DNA from: Euglena gracilis | Taxonomy: Eukaryota | NCBI GenBank assembly: GCA_039621445.1 | Contig: CP154954.1 | Span: 49,517,847-49,581,846 of the forward strand | Length of the DNA stretch: 64,000 bases | Direction: 5' to 3' | Shown here: positions 13,701 through 26,700 of the stretch, piece by piece | Layout: every line of letters begins with the position of its first letter | Numbering within the stretch: the first letter of the stretch is position 1 | Notes under the pieces: generated by a model | The model's input: only the letters and a program-made list of their open reading frames with translations | The model's database searches: none | Told to the model about the DNA's origin: nothing | Position numbers and translations under genes: made by a program

Positions 13701-16700
13701 GATAATCCGTCGGTTCTCCTTGTGGCCCCGACCCGGGGGGGGGGGAGGGGGGGGTCGAGGGGGGGGATTTCGACGGTGGTAAGCTTCGCTCTTACCCATA
13801 AAGGGATAAGAGCTCAGCGACCCCCACCTACACCTTAAAATGGCCTAAAATGGCCTAAAATGGCCTTAAATGGCCTAAAATGGCCTACAATGGCCTAAAA
13901 TGGGGGAATTTTTGGGCTTGACTATAGGTGCTTGACCCTAACCCTAACTCTAACTGTATCCCGAACCCTAACCCTAACTCTAACCGTGTCCCTAACTCTA
14001 ACACTGACCGTATCCCTAACCCTAACCCTGACCCTGACTGTATCCCTAGCCCTAACCCTAACCGTGTCCTTAACTTTGACACTAACCGTGTCCCTAACCC
14101 CAACCCTGACCGCATCCCGCATGTCCCATAACCCTCTCCCTAAATGTGCTCCTAACCCAAGCCCTAACCCCACCCTATCCCTAACCCCAACCCTACCTAA
14201 CCCCAACCCTAATTCCCCCAGGACAGAACGGGAATCGACCAAAAAGCCAGGGTGGTGGGTGGGGGGTGGTCGACCCCCCCCCCACCACCTCTTCCCGTAT
14301 TTCCGGGAGCACCACTTTTTGGACCAGAAAATTTTTTCCGGCGCTTTCGGTGCCAGGTGTATTTTGGACCCATGTTGAGACCCTTATCGGATGTCCCCCC
14401 CAAACCCCATTTTTTTCACACCTTCCAAAAATTTAACGTTTTCTCAAATTCTCAAACTTGATTTTGAGAGGTTTTTGAAGCAAAAACTGCCATTGAGAAT
14501 CCACAAAAAAATCCAAGAGAAAATTCTCAGTAAAATTGATTGTACCAAAATTTCGCACAATTTTTTGTCGTTCGTTTTTTCACCCCCCCCCCCAAAACTA
14601 CCCATTTTTAAACCTGAAATTTTTGAGATTTTTTTGTTAAAAAATGTGGTTTTCCATCAAAAAAATCATGTATTTTGTGTTCATTTTTCAAAAAAAAATT
14701 CAAAAATTTTCCCTGGCAAAAGTCCCCGTTTTCCCAAAATTGGTGAAAATGCTGTGGTGGGTGGGGGGGGTCGACTCCCCCCACCAGGCCTTCCTGTTCT
14801 GCCCTGAGCAGACAATTGCTTAAGCACTGTCCCACCCCCCCCCCCGGGGGGGGGGACTGGTTTTTTCAGAGTGACTGACTGGTTTTGGGCCCGGACCCCC
14901 TCCCCCCCCCGGGGGGGGGGGTCGGCCAGGAGTGGGCAAAAGTGGCTTGAGTGACCCCGGCGCCGAAGGCGCCGGAAAAATTTTTTTGGCCTAAAATGGC
15001 CTAAAGTGACTGCAAAGTGGCCGTTTTTCTGAGTGTCCGACCCCCCCCCCCCCCGCGGGGGGGGTAGTGACTGACTGGCTTCCCAAAAAAAAGTGACTGA
15101 CTGGTTTTTAAAAAAGTGGAGTGACCCCCCCCTCCCCCCCCCGGGGGTCGGTAAGCAATTGTATGGCCCTGAGATACGTTGTTGAACTTCACAAACAAAG
15201 GGACGGAGTGATAGAAGATGGGGAGCAGGCACCTATGCCGACCGCAGCCGACTGCAGCCAACCGCAGCCGACCGCAGCCGACCGCGGGTTTCAGGACTGT
15301 CATAGGTGGGGTGCCGACCGCAGCCGACCGCAGCCGACCGCGCAACTTTTTTCTAATTGATGTCAATTTTTCAGTGAGAATGAGGAATTAGGCTCATTTT
15401 TATCCCAGATGTTGAGATTTTTCTGGCTCATTTGGCTTGCGTTGTCACCTTTGGCCACTTTTGGCCATTTTTGGTCGCTTTCAGCCCGTTTGTCACCGTA
15501 ATTCACCCATTTTGATCTATTTTGACAATTTTTGGCCACTTTTTGCCCACTTCTTGTAATTTTGGGCCATTTTGTCCTGCTCTTGGGCCATTTTGGGCCA
15601 TTTTTGACCATTTAAAGCCATTTTCGACCTTTTCTTTTGTTATTTTTGCCCATTTTTTGGTCTCTTTTTGGTCCAATTTGACCGTTTTGAGCATTTTGCG
15701 CCAGTTTTGTTGCCAAAAGTGAACAAAAGCTGCTAAAGTGGCCCAAATTGGCCAAAAGCAGGGTCATTTTGGGCCCTTTTTGTTTTTTTTTTGGACCACT
15801 TTGGGCATTATTATTATTATTATTTTTGCCTGCTTTTGGAACTTTTGCCATTTTACCATTTTAACCATTTTTTTTGCCATTTTTAGGCCATTTTTAGGTC
15901 ACGTTTGACTGCTCTTGATGTCAAAAGCAACAAAAAGACGTTTAAGTGGCCAGAAGTGGGTGAAAATGGCCAAAAGCAGAGAAAAGTGGTCAAAAGTGGG
16001 CAAAAGAGGCCAAAGGTGGTCAAAAGAGGTCAAAGCAAAGCAAAAGCTGGCCAAAAGCAGCCAAAAGCACAGCAAAAAGTGGGCAAAAGCAACAAAAGTG
16101 ACCAAAAGAAAGCAAAAGGCAGGAAATAATGGGCAAAGGCAGCAAAAATCGACCAAAAGTCGGCAACGGTGGCCAAAAGCAGTCCAAAAGCATCAAAAAT
16201 TGGACAAAAGCAGCGAAAAGTGGCCAAAGTCGGCAACAGTGGATTGTGTGATTGTGATATGCACTCATTTTTTGTTGGCCTGCCCCCCACCGGCAGCCAA
16301 CTACTTTGCCGACCGCTGCCGACCACAGCCGACCGCAGCCGACCGCAGCCGACCGCAGCCGACCGCAGCCAACTGCGGGCTAAAATTTGGAATCTGTCAT
16401 AGGTGCTTGATGGGGAGGAAATCTGAGCAAAAGGCAGACGAGGAGTGTTTCACTGCTTTTTTTTCAACCAGAAATTTCATTCGCAGGAACGTTTTTTATC
16501 TTTTTCGTTTCTTGTCATTGTTGTCCAGACACCATGTGCGGTGCTGCCCCCCATTGTTGGCCCCAAGTGAATGCCAGAGGGAGGGAGCAGCATCTCATCC
16601 CATCAGCAACAAAGACTCACAGAGTGGTCTATGCTGCTTTTTTGGTTGATTCAACGACTTGAAACACTTGGAACCTCCCCTGCAGGCATACTTCGTTTTC

Positions 16701-19700
16701 CCCTTGGGACGTCCGTCATTGAGATGTGATCCGTGTGCCTGCCCTGATGATGCCAAGCCACCCGGAGTATTTTGTCCAGGCTTTGGCCACAGGCTCGTCG
16801 CGCAGACGTCCTGGCCCATTCATGGCAGATTTTCTTTCCACCTTCCGGGTATCCACCCCCTTCCCGGAACTCTGTCACTTTGAGGTTGCCATTTTCCATC
16901 TCAGAAGGTTGTTCAATTTTTTCATTTTTCTGTCTGTGGTTTCACCGCTTGAGGTTGATGCTTTTTCATCCAAAGCACATTCGTGCTCACCGCCACATTG
17001 GTCGCAGCACTCCAACGCTTTGATACATTTTGGGGTGTCATGGTGTTATGGATGCATCCTCCCCAAAAAATTGTTGAAAATAACGTCGAGAAAATTCTTC
17101 GGGATGATGCCCGAGGGTCCATTCCCATTCCCCTGTCGTTCTGGATGCGGAATGGTTTCCACACATCTTTTGATCGGTTAAATTGTGTGATCATACAAAG
17201 ATCAGCATGTCTTCTTTTTCATCAGACGATCTATGGGCAGTCTGGGATCGGTGTGCGCTGAGCCACCCCCCCCCCCCACCATCACAGATTTTCACCTGGG
17301 AGTCTGGGCAGGGGTCGACCGAGGGCTCTACGGGAACCCCCGAAACCCTGTATTGTGGGTGGGACGTGGGGGCGTGGGTCGACCCCCCCCCAACCCACCA
17401 GGGCACCCCGCAAGGAAAAAATCCCTTCGGTGCCGAAGGCGGCAAAGGAAGCATTTGACCTAAAAACCACGACCCCCCACCAGGATTGGGGTGGGGTGGG
17501 GGTGGTCGACCCACGCCCCCACCTCCCGGGTATCATTGTGCCTGGCCCGCCGCTGGCCCGAACGTGCATTGGCTCCCGGACCCGCCCTGCGACGTTCGCC
17601 CGGGGGCTGCCACCCCCACCCCCTCCCCTCTTTGGCGGCCGGGGCCTGGGGGCCTCATTGGCGACCAGGCTGAGGCGGGCCGCCCGGTGGGCCGTGGCTG
17701 GCGGGGCGCGGCGGCCGCGGCGTGCGCGGTCTGCGGTGCCTGCGGTGTGCCGCTGGAACGCGGGGTCCGGGGGGGGGGTGCGCCCCAGAGCGGGCCTGTG
17801 CTCTTTTGGGGTCTTCGGACAACCTCCAAAACCCCCGGGGGGTCGTTGGACATATGGTGTCATTGGACTCATTCATGAATGAGTCGTTGGACTCATACAT
17901 TGTGGCATTCAGTTATAATTATACTTAGGCGGCCTAACTCGCACTTAAGGTTTTGATTTTTAGCTTGCGCTTTGGCGCAAATTTTCAAACTTTCTGAGAC
18001 CCGGTGGTAGAACCCACTCTTTTGACCCTTTAGTTCCGCGGACACCCTCTACGGTGGCGTGTGCATCATTTGCCGATGTTGGGACCCGGGGAACAGGCCC
18101 AATTTTGGTGTTTTTCAGCCTGTGCACCATTTTGAAAAAGGTTCAAAACCCCGGGTTTGACCGCCGGGACACGTGAATTTTCCCAAAAAAGTGCCAAAAC
18201 CCCCGTTGTGAGTCCCTCGTGTTTGAAGCCTTGGCTGTGTTCCCCGGATGGTGCTACACAGGCTGGGTGTAATTTGGCCCTTTTTGTTGCTTTTTTTTTA
18301 GGCTCTGTGATGCGTCTGTTAAGGGTTGCCTGCTAAGGCGTCCAGAGGGTGGACTCTGCACACATGTCGTGCAAAGTTGGAAAAACGGCATGTCACACAG
18401 TTGTGATCCCTGGATGCTTGAAGTGCGAGGAGTGGTACAGTGGGAACCACCCAGGTGAGGGGGGGGGTTGGGGGGATTGAGGGCATGCCCATGGACCTGT
18501 CCCAACTGTCCCAACGTCTGAGCAACGCCAGGCCCCACACTGCCGGGCACAGAAGGCAATGGTTATGGACATTGCGCTTAAGCGCAAAATTTTAATTTGC
18601 GCTTAAGCGCAAGTTAAAAATTTGTGCTTAAGCGCAAGTTAAAACAGAAGCCCCTGAGCTTATGGGAGTCCCTCTGATGTGTTACGGTGTGTCGGGGGCC
18701 CCTCTCTGCACGGCCAGTGTGCGGGATTGGTGAGGCAATACATTGCGCCGAAGCGCAAGGGACATGCCTGCATAATGCACTGCTTGTTCATTCAGATTAC
18801 ACGTCAGCCGCCTGTTTGCATTTCTCATTTTTTGTATGATGTTTTGCGCTTCGGCGCAATGTATTTCCTCACCAAGCCCGCACACTGGCCGTGCAGAGAG
18901 GGGCCCCCGACACACCGTAACGCATCAGAGGGACTCCAATAAGCTCAGGGGCTTCTGTTTTAACTTGCGCTTAAGCGCAAATTCTTTACATTGCGCTTAA
19001 GCGCAAGTTAAAAATTTGCGCTTAAGCGCAGTGTCCTTTTAAATGGCAGATTCATTTGAATGTGTTCGTGCTGTGTGAGAAGGTGGGCGATAGAGGAGAA
19101 TGATGAGCGGGGTTTGAGCGCTGCTGTGCCTGAAGCTCAGTTGGTGCTTTTGAATTATTCAGGCACTGGGGAGGGAGTGGCTGTTACAATAAGACGAATC
19201 GTGGTCGGTGGGTTGTGGAGCCTCACTGACCTTGCACTCAGTGCACAAAGTGGGGTTTTTTGGGATGTTGACAGAAGGACCTTTTTCGGCTGAACAATGC
19301 CCTCCATCTGCCCGGTGTGATGTGGCTGTCTGGTGGGTTGCAAATTACCGAAAAAGGGTGTCTCAGCATGCCTTCCCTTCTCCGCCGTTGTTGATGGACC
19401 CTTTACATTTCTCAATTCCATTCGCTCATCCCCAAAGTTGTGTGTTTCAAATCCTGGGCGAGGAAAGGGGGGTGACGAGCTTCTTTAAAATACCCTTTCG
19501 ACGCCTAAAACTGTTTCCTCGGCTGCGATTCCCAGGGTTCATCTGCTGCCTGTTCTTTTCCAAACAGAAATTTTCCGACTTTCAAAAGTCGGCCAAAGAG
19601 AAGGGCCCCTCAGGCATGCTTAACTGCGAGGCAAGTGGGAGGAACCTCCGGCACTGGAAGTTGGGTTTACAACGCATAGGACAAGACACGTCTGGATATG

Positions 19701-20748
19701 AAGAAGCTGGTGGTTGCTTGCACACACCAGGGGGTTGGCTTCCTGTCCCAGGCAAGGCTTCCTTCCACCTTAGCCCTGTTCGCTCTGGTAATGAGATGCT
19801 TCCAGGACTGTTCTCTCCACCCGCAGTGATAAAAATGAGAAATTTAAAATTGATAACTGTTGCGCCACAGCGCAATGGGTAGATTTATGAAGAATAGAAA
19901 TTTATGAGTTGCATTGCGCCAAAGCGCAATAGAAATGCACTTTTTAAAATCGCAAAGCAGCGTGGCTCTTGCGCCAACGCGCAATGTTGACCAATTTTAA
20001 GGCAACGTGACTGAGAGTAGGCTTCCATCCCCCTGTCCTGCATTTTTGTGCTCTATCACCTCCGGTGTTCATACTCTACCATTGCTGTTCTCTCCCTCCG
20101 TTGTGAGATAAGTTCTAAACAGTTATATTTGTGCTTCGGCGCAAGCCATGTTGCTTTCGCAATTTTGAAAATTGTATTTTTATTGTATTTTGGCGCAATA
20201 TAACTCTTAAACTTCCTTTCTTCATGAGCCTGCCCATTGCGCCATTGCACAATGGAAACACACGTTGACACAAAAGTTTTTATCATTGTGCAAGTGCAGC
20301 AATGGTCACCCACATGTTGAAATACAAAAAAAGTTAAAAATTTGCGCCAAAGCGCAAATGGTGTTATTTGTTGTAAGGAAAAAAATTTGCGTCAAAGCGC
20401 AAATGCACAATGGAGTCCGCTTGTTTCATCGCCCGGCGCTTTGTGTTCATGCACACTGGCCCCTGGGAGCGCTGTGCCTGTGGAGTTCCAAGTCGTTGGT
20501 TTCGTCCCCAAGCCCTGGGAGACACTATTTTCAGACCCTGAGTCTCAGGCCCCGGTGTTCAAAACAGAATTTTTTTTGATTTGCGCGTCGGCGCAAATTT
20601 GCAGTCACTTTCAAAGCTATATAGCCAAAGCTAGATAGGCCGCCTAACTTATATGCTGCAAAGATGGTGGATTGGCATTTCTGGCCTGGGGATTCCTGTC
20701 AGAACAGTGAGACATTTCCCTGTGCAATTCTCACGAAGAATTGGAGTG

Positions 20749-20792
<44 letters not shown>

Positions 20793-23700
20793 CTGCAAAG
20801 GATGCCAACCATGAATTTTGCATCCCCCCACCCTGGTGTTGGTCTGAGCCTTCCCAAAATAACCTAAATCCTCCCTCTAAAAAATGGCAGATTTCATCAC
20901 AGTTGGTCACACAAACTGTCAAATTTCTGCAGATGCCCTCAGTTTTGTTTGTTAGGAGAGGGGAGTTAACAGGGGAGACCCCATAAGAAAGGGAGGGGAT
21001 CAGCAACCACTTTTTTTCACCCGAACCCAAGGTTTCTGCCCTATTAGGAACAGTGAGGTCGCAGAGCGGCGGCAGGGCGTTGAACAGAGATTTTTTTACG
21101 CAAGGACCGGTCAGGGAGGGGGACTTTGGGTCCACTCCCACCTTGGGGCCCCCGGGGGCCGTGGTTTAGGGCTGCCGTTGGCGGTTGTCTCGATTCCCCT
21201 CCGTACTTGTGTTTGGTTGTCAACGATTGGTTTCCAACGTTGACACGCCAAGTGCCGGGGAGCGTGTCCGTGTCCCCCACCCCTCTGTGGCGACCGCGCT
21301 CCTCGGCCCCGGCAGCCAGAGTTCGGTGGCCAGCATCTCCGCTCCTCCCCCGCAGGCTTCTTGGTGGCCTCCACCCAGGGCCTCGGCCGGGAGGTCCGGC
21401 ACAACGGTCTGCCGGCGGTCCTTTATCGGAGCCAGGTGGCCTTCTGCCCCTCCCCCCTCCGTGTCCCCCTGGATGGCGGCTTGGGTCCAGGCAGTGGGCT
21501 TTCTGGCTGGCCGCTTGGTTTGCGGTGCTCAAGCAACGACCTGTCCGAATCCAGTTGCCACCTCCTACCCTGTCCCATGACCTCCCTTACATATCCATCC
21601 CGATTAAAAAAAAATTGGAATGTCAATCCGCCGAACAACAGCGCACAATTTTTCGCTATTCTCAGAGATTGTATTTCACCTTGACATTGAATTTCATGGT
21701 GCCAAGCTTTTCACATGAACTTCAATGTATTTCAAGAAGCGAGCACAAGTTCTGGAGGCGAATTCCAGGGTTCATGCCTGGCTCGCTTTTTCGAGAGTGC
21801 CGAAGGGAGGAGGTAATTTGTCGGCCGAATTTCGAAGAATTGCGACCGCCGTTGACACAACACTGAAAAAAAACCTTCTGGGGGAAAATTCACAAAGTTA
21901 CAAATTCTGCAAGAACAATCCCATTTTTTTCAAAGATCTTCTCTGCGATATTTTTATTTCATTTTCATTTTCATATTCCATTTTTCCCGCATTGTCCCTT
22001 TTTTTTAATCCACATTCAACAAATTATGTTTTACCACACGCACACACACACACACACACACACAGGGCTTCCTTGGCACTGCACCCAGTCGAGCCGAAGT
22101 CGGACGGCGCCCCGATATTCACAGGTACATTTGATTTATATATGCAATTTATTCAAAAATGTACCCCCCCCCAGAGAGAGATGGTTCCTCACTCCCAGAT
22201 CCTCTGGTCGACGAGGTTATTACAGAAAGCCAGAACTTCATATTTATTTGCCCATGATGTTCCACAGCCTGGTATTGTTCAAACTGCGAAAGTGGGTGAT
22301 TGCGATGGTATTGAGACATAGGTTTTGGTCGTTCGGCGCAACCAGGTAGTGGGGCAGATAGGTATACACATGTGCGCGTGCAAAGTCATGCATTCCAAAT
22401 TGGCGCACACGAGGGTTCCCATGCAATGCAGTTCCCCTTGCACCCCATGCCGCATCCCATGCACCATCGACGTCATTTGGGGAAGGTCATACATTTGCCA
22501 ATTTAGTTTCATTTGGATGCTGTCCCCTGACGAAAAAGGGGGATGGGGTGGATATGGTGGACAATATGGATATGGGGGACATGTGGTGGGCGCGCCGGGT
22601 CGCAGGGTGCAACTTGGTATCCCACCTCATGCAAATAATTACGTTGCAAATCATTCTTCTTTTCCGGACGCCTTTGTTTGCGGTGGGGTATGGGCGTCGC
22701 TGAAGCTGGAGGGGGGACCCAGCCAGCCAACCGGTTTTCAGTCCCCCCATGTGGAAATTTTAGTTGTTCTCCGGCCCTTTGAAGAGCGGCTGGATGGTCA
22801 CAAATTCTCAGCCTTGGAACTGAAATGTGACGAAAGCAGGTAAACCCCCAGAAATAACCCAAGTTTTTGGAACCATCTTTTTCACCTCCCCCCCCCTGCC
22901 AAGTTATTTGGGCAATGTTGCCATGAAGGAGGTTTGCCTTAAAAATGGGGGTGCCAAATTACCACCTTTTTGGCTTGGGGGCTTAGGGGAAAGGGCCCTC
23001 CAGGTTTTTTTGGGGGTTAATATGGGTCGAAGATTGACTGCGCAGTTCAAAATTTTGTTTTTGGAACTCATGTCGTTGCATAACTAGCTATTCTTGGGCT
23101 AGTAATTTGGCTATTTTGGCTTTTGGGGTATTTTTTTTTGCCGTTTCGCATCACGTCCAGCTGGGAGACCCCCACCCCCGGAAGAGGGGGAGGGTCAGCC
23201 AGCAGCCTGTTTTCCCGCCAGCCCAAAAGCTGTTTTCCTGCCGTGGAGCTGACCCGGAGGCGACGCCCGGGTGGGGTCGCCCCGGGGTCACACGGGGGTC
23301 ACACCCGGGTCATTTGGGGTCGGCAGCCGCCATCGCGTCGTGCATTCACCGCCGCCTGGCTCTCCGCAGCTCCCGGAGGGTCGGCGGACAGCCACGGGGG
23401 GCCAGCGCCGTCCGCCGCAGCCGCCCCACCCCCGGCGAGGCGGAGGGGCCCGACACGGAGGCGGACGACCAGGCCCGTGGCACTGCTCGCGTTGGATGCG
23501 TCGATTTTTCCCGGCTGTGGTGGAAAGTTGCCTTTCAAAGTCATCTTTTTTCCCACAAGAAAACAGCCTCGAAGCAGGGGGAGATACACAAGTTGCACAA
23601 CCCAAACCAAAAACCCAAATCTTGAGAATTTGCATTTTTTGCCTGAGTTTGTGTTTTTTCATAATGAAAATTTGACAAGAAGTCATATCTGTGCATTTTT

Positions 23701-26700
23701 GTGTATTTTGCCTTACTGGTTTTTTCCCGGGCAATCTCAGTCATGTTCCTCAACCGTCAGACAACTGGAAGTTGCATTTCTCACATTTTGCACCAATTTG
23801 ACATTGACAGGAGTTGCACAATTAAATGTAAGGGCTGAAACTGGGCAAATCAACCATGCCAAGTTCGCAAGTTTGCAACCCAGGGGAGCTCCCAAAAGGA
23901 ATGTTCATGCAGCTTTTGTTTTGCATTTTTTGCAGTTCTTTGCATTTTTTTTGCATTTTTTTGCATTGCATATTTTGACGGGCTTTGTTGCATAATCCCC
24001 GCGTGCTCGAAGTTTACCATCCCACAACCCCTTTCTGTGACCACTGGTGTTGTGCTGCCACCCCGAACTCCCTCGCCATGTGGTCGCCATGTGGCTCTGC
24101 GTCGTTGCGTTGACGTCCTATAATTGAATTCTTCCTCGGCGTTTGTCCGCTGGGCCGGTTGTCGGGCAGAAGCACCCCCGCAAACCACCGGCTCGGGAAA
24201 CGTATTTCACTCCTGTCCCGTTCCCGGGCGTACTGGGCCCCTCCCCTACGGCCCAGCCCGGGGAAGGTCACTGAGGGAGGGACTCAGGAGCGGGGTTCTC
24301 GGCGGCAACCCACGGCCCGCCCCTCTCCTTCTCCCGCAGGCGAGGGAAGGCCCCGGTGCGCTGCCCGCCGAGGGGTTCCCGGCGGACCTGCCCCAGCCCC
24401 AGGTGTGTCCCGGGGTGACTCAGCCGCGCCTTCCCCACCCCGGGCAGGGCTGTACCCCCCCCCCTGTCGCGGACACACATCCCACCCCCGTGTCACCGGC
24501 ATTTTCCTGGAACAATGGTGTGTCAACGACAAGGGGGGAGGTATGGGAATCCCTGCAACCCTATGGGTGGTGGGTGGTGGGGGGGTCGACCACCCCCACC
24601 CACATTCTGGTGGTGGGGGAGGGGTTCGACCAACCCCCCCCCCCTCAGGCCTTCCAGTATTTCCGGGTGCTGATTTTTAGGTCAAAAAATTCATTCGGCG
24701 TCGAAGGATTTTTCTTTGAGCGGGTGCCATAGTGGGTGGAGGGGGTCGACCACCCCCCACCAGGCCTTCCCGTACCGCGCCCCCGGAGGGAGTCCTTGGG
24801 ATGGGGGGGCCCCCTCCGCGCACTGCCAGACCCCCAACAGGAACCGAACCCCCGCTGGCAGAGTGCCCCCGCTCCCCCCGCTCACCGCCCACCCTTCGCT
24901 GCAGTTGACGGATGCGGATGGCAAAGTCGTGCCTGAGGTGTGCCCCGTTGAGTGTGCGATGGCGGCTGGTATGCCTTCGGTTCCGCAGGCACGCCAAGGC
25001 TGTTCAGGAACCCCCAAACCCCATCCCATGGGTGGGGGGGGCCAACCCCCACCCACCCCTTCCTCTTCCTGGAGGCGCCGATTTTTGGGTCAAAATCTGC
25101 CTTCGGCTCCAAGGTCAAGGGCCTCAACCCCCCACCAGGCCTTTGGGGAAGGGGGGCATGGACGCATCGGGATGCAAGTTGCATCCCCTGAAGCACCCAG
25201 CAGGCGGGGGGGGGGGGCACGCCTCCCTGAGAGAACGGGGTGGGCTGCTTGTCGCCGGGGGAGGGATGGGGTCGTTCCGCTGCGGCCGCCCCCCCTCCCC
25301 CCCCCACCCCTCCCCCTGCCCAGGAACGGTCCAACTATCCGCTGTGGGCGTTTCGCAATGTGATGGGCCTCCTCGGCCTTTCCCAGGCCAGAGACTTCCC
25401 AGCCTCCCCCTCCCGTCTCTGTGGCCGGCGGGATCTCCCAAAGCGGAGGGCAGTTGGGTTCAGTCCGGGTAGCAGTCTGGTGTAAAGCCCCACAACTCGG
25501 GGGAATGTGGTTGGGAAAAGCAATTCAGGGTTCAAGTTGTTCCCAGAATCGCGTCCCAACCCCCCAACACTGAACGCTGCTTCGACTGGGTTCATGTTCC
25601 AGTCTTCTCTTCCAGTGCCCTGGTTGGTTCATGCTCGTGAGCAGCCAACTGAACCACCCACCCTCCTCCTCCTGGCCTCATTGCGAATCCCTGCCTTTGG
25701 TGCAGGCCAACAGTTGACATCAGGAGGTTGCAGATCAGCCGCAGATCATCCCAACGCCCCCCCCCCCTGCTTGACCACAGGGGGGCTCCGGACCCCCCAC
25801 CAGTCCAGACCCCCCCCCTGGGTCCGGACTGGTGGGGGTCCTTGTGGGGGCACTGGTGGGGGTACCCAGGACCTCTCCCCCAAAGGCCTGCCCTAATGTT
25901 GAACCCCTGGTAGCCCTGACCTGATGCCGCCACGGCGGTGAACACCCTGGTGTACAACACCCTTCCCGACCTGCTGGTGGCCGTCCTCGCCTCCTCCGCC
26001 TACGCTGTGCTGCTCCATCCGCTGGACACGTACAAGATGCGGCTGCAGCTGGAGCAGCCGGGGATCGACTCGCAGGGGGTTCTCGGTGTGTGGCGGCGGG
26101 GTGTCAGCCGAGGAACGCAAATGCCGTCTTTTTAAATAAGAACAAGTCAAAACGTTTTTCAACTTTTTCCCGCATTTGCTCTTTTGGCATGGTTTGTGTT
26201 TATTTTGTCAATTTTTTGAATTTGTCTGACATATTATTTTGGCGAAGAAAGCACTACATTTTTTACAATGTTTTTCCCAGCATAAAGTATGTTTTGTAAA
26301 TTTTGACCCTTTTTTTAATTTTCGGACAAATTACACATTTTAAGAATCGAGCGTTCCAACTTGTTTTTGTTACACAGTTGTTTTTGTATTTTTAGTCTTT
26401 TTGCCCCCGCATTTTTTGAGTCGTATTTTCCAGGCTCCGTGTTGCATCCCCCTCATGTTGCCAGCAAAGGAAACCCGCATCATCGCAGTGTGCGACCCGC
26501 ATCGGCCCTTCCGTTAGAGTCTGGTGTTTTTTTCAGGAGAGCAAAGCAGGTGCTTTTGAAGAGATTTGCGTGGGTAAGTTTGGACAATTTACCCGCCGGA
26601 AATTCTCCAACCGTGGAGAATGGTTCCCGGACAGTTCTCCGCGGGACACGGAACACCGTGCACCCAGGGACGGAACAACCCCACCCTCACCTCCAGCCAC

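Noticed and set aside
10965-14215. True chromosome end or fusion site
   Set aside because: The arrays are degenerate, single-orientation, intronic and tied to a dispersed repeat.
15915-16649. Lys-rich 244-aa ORF
   Set aside because: It arises from the ggccaaaa satellite inside the family-B element.
20749-20790. Poly(A) tail of a retrocopy
   Set aside because: No TSD or upstream retroelement body is recognisable.
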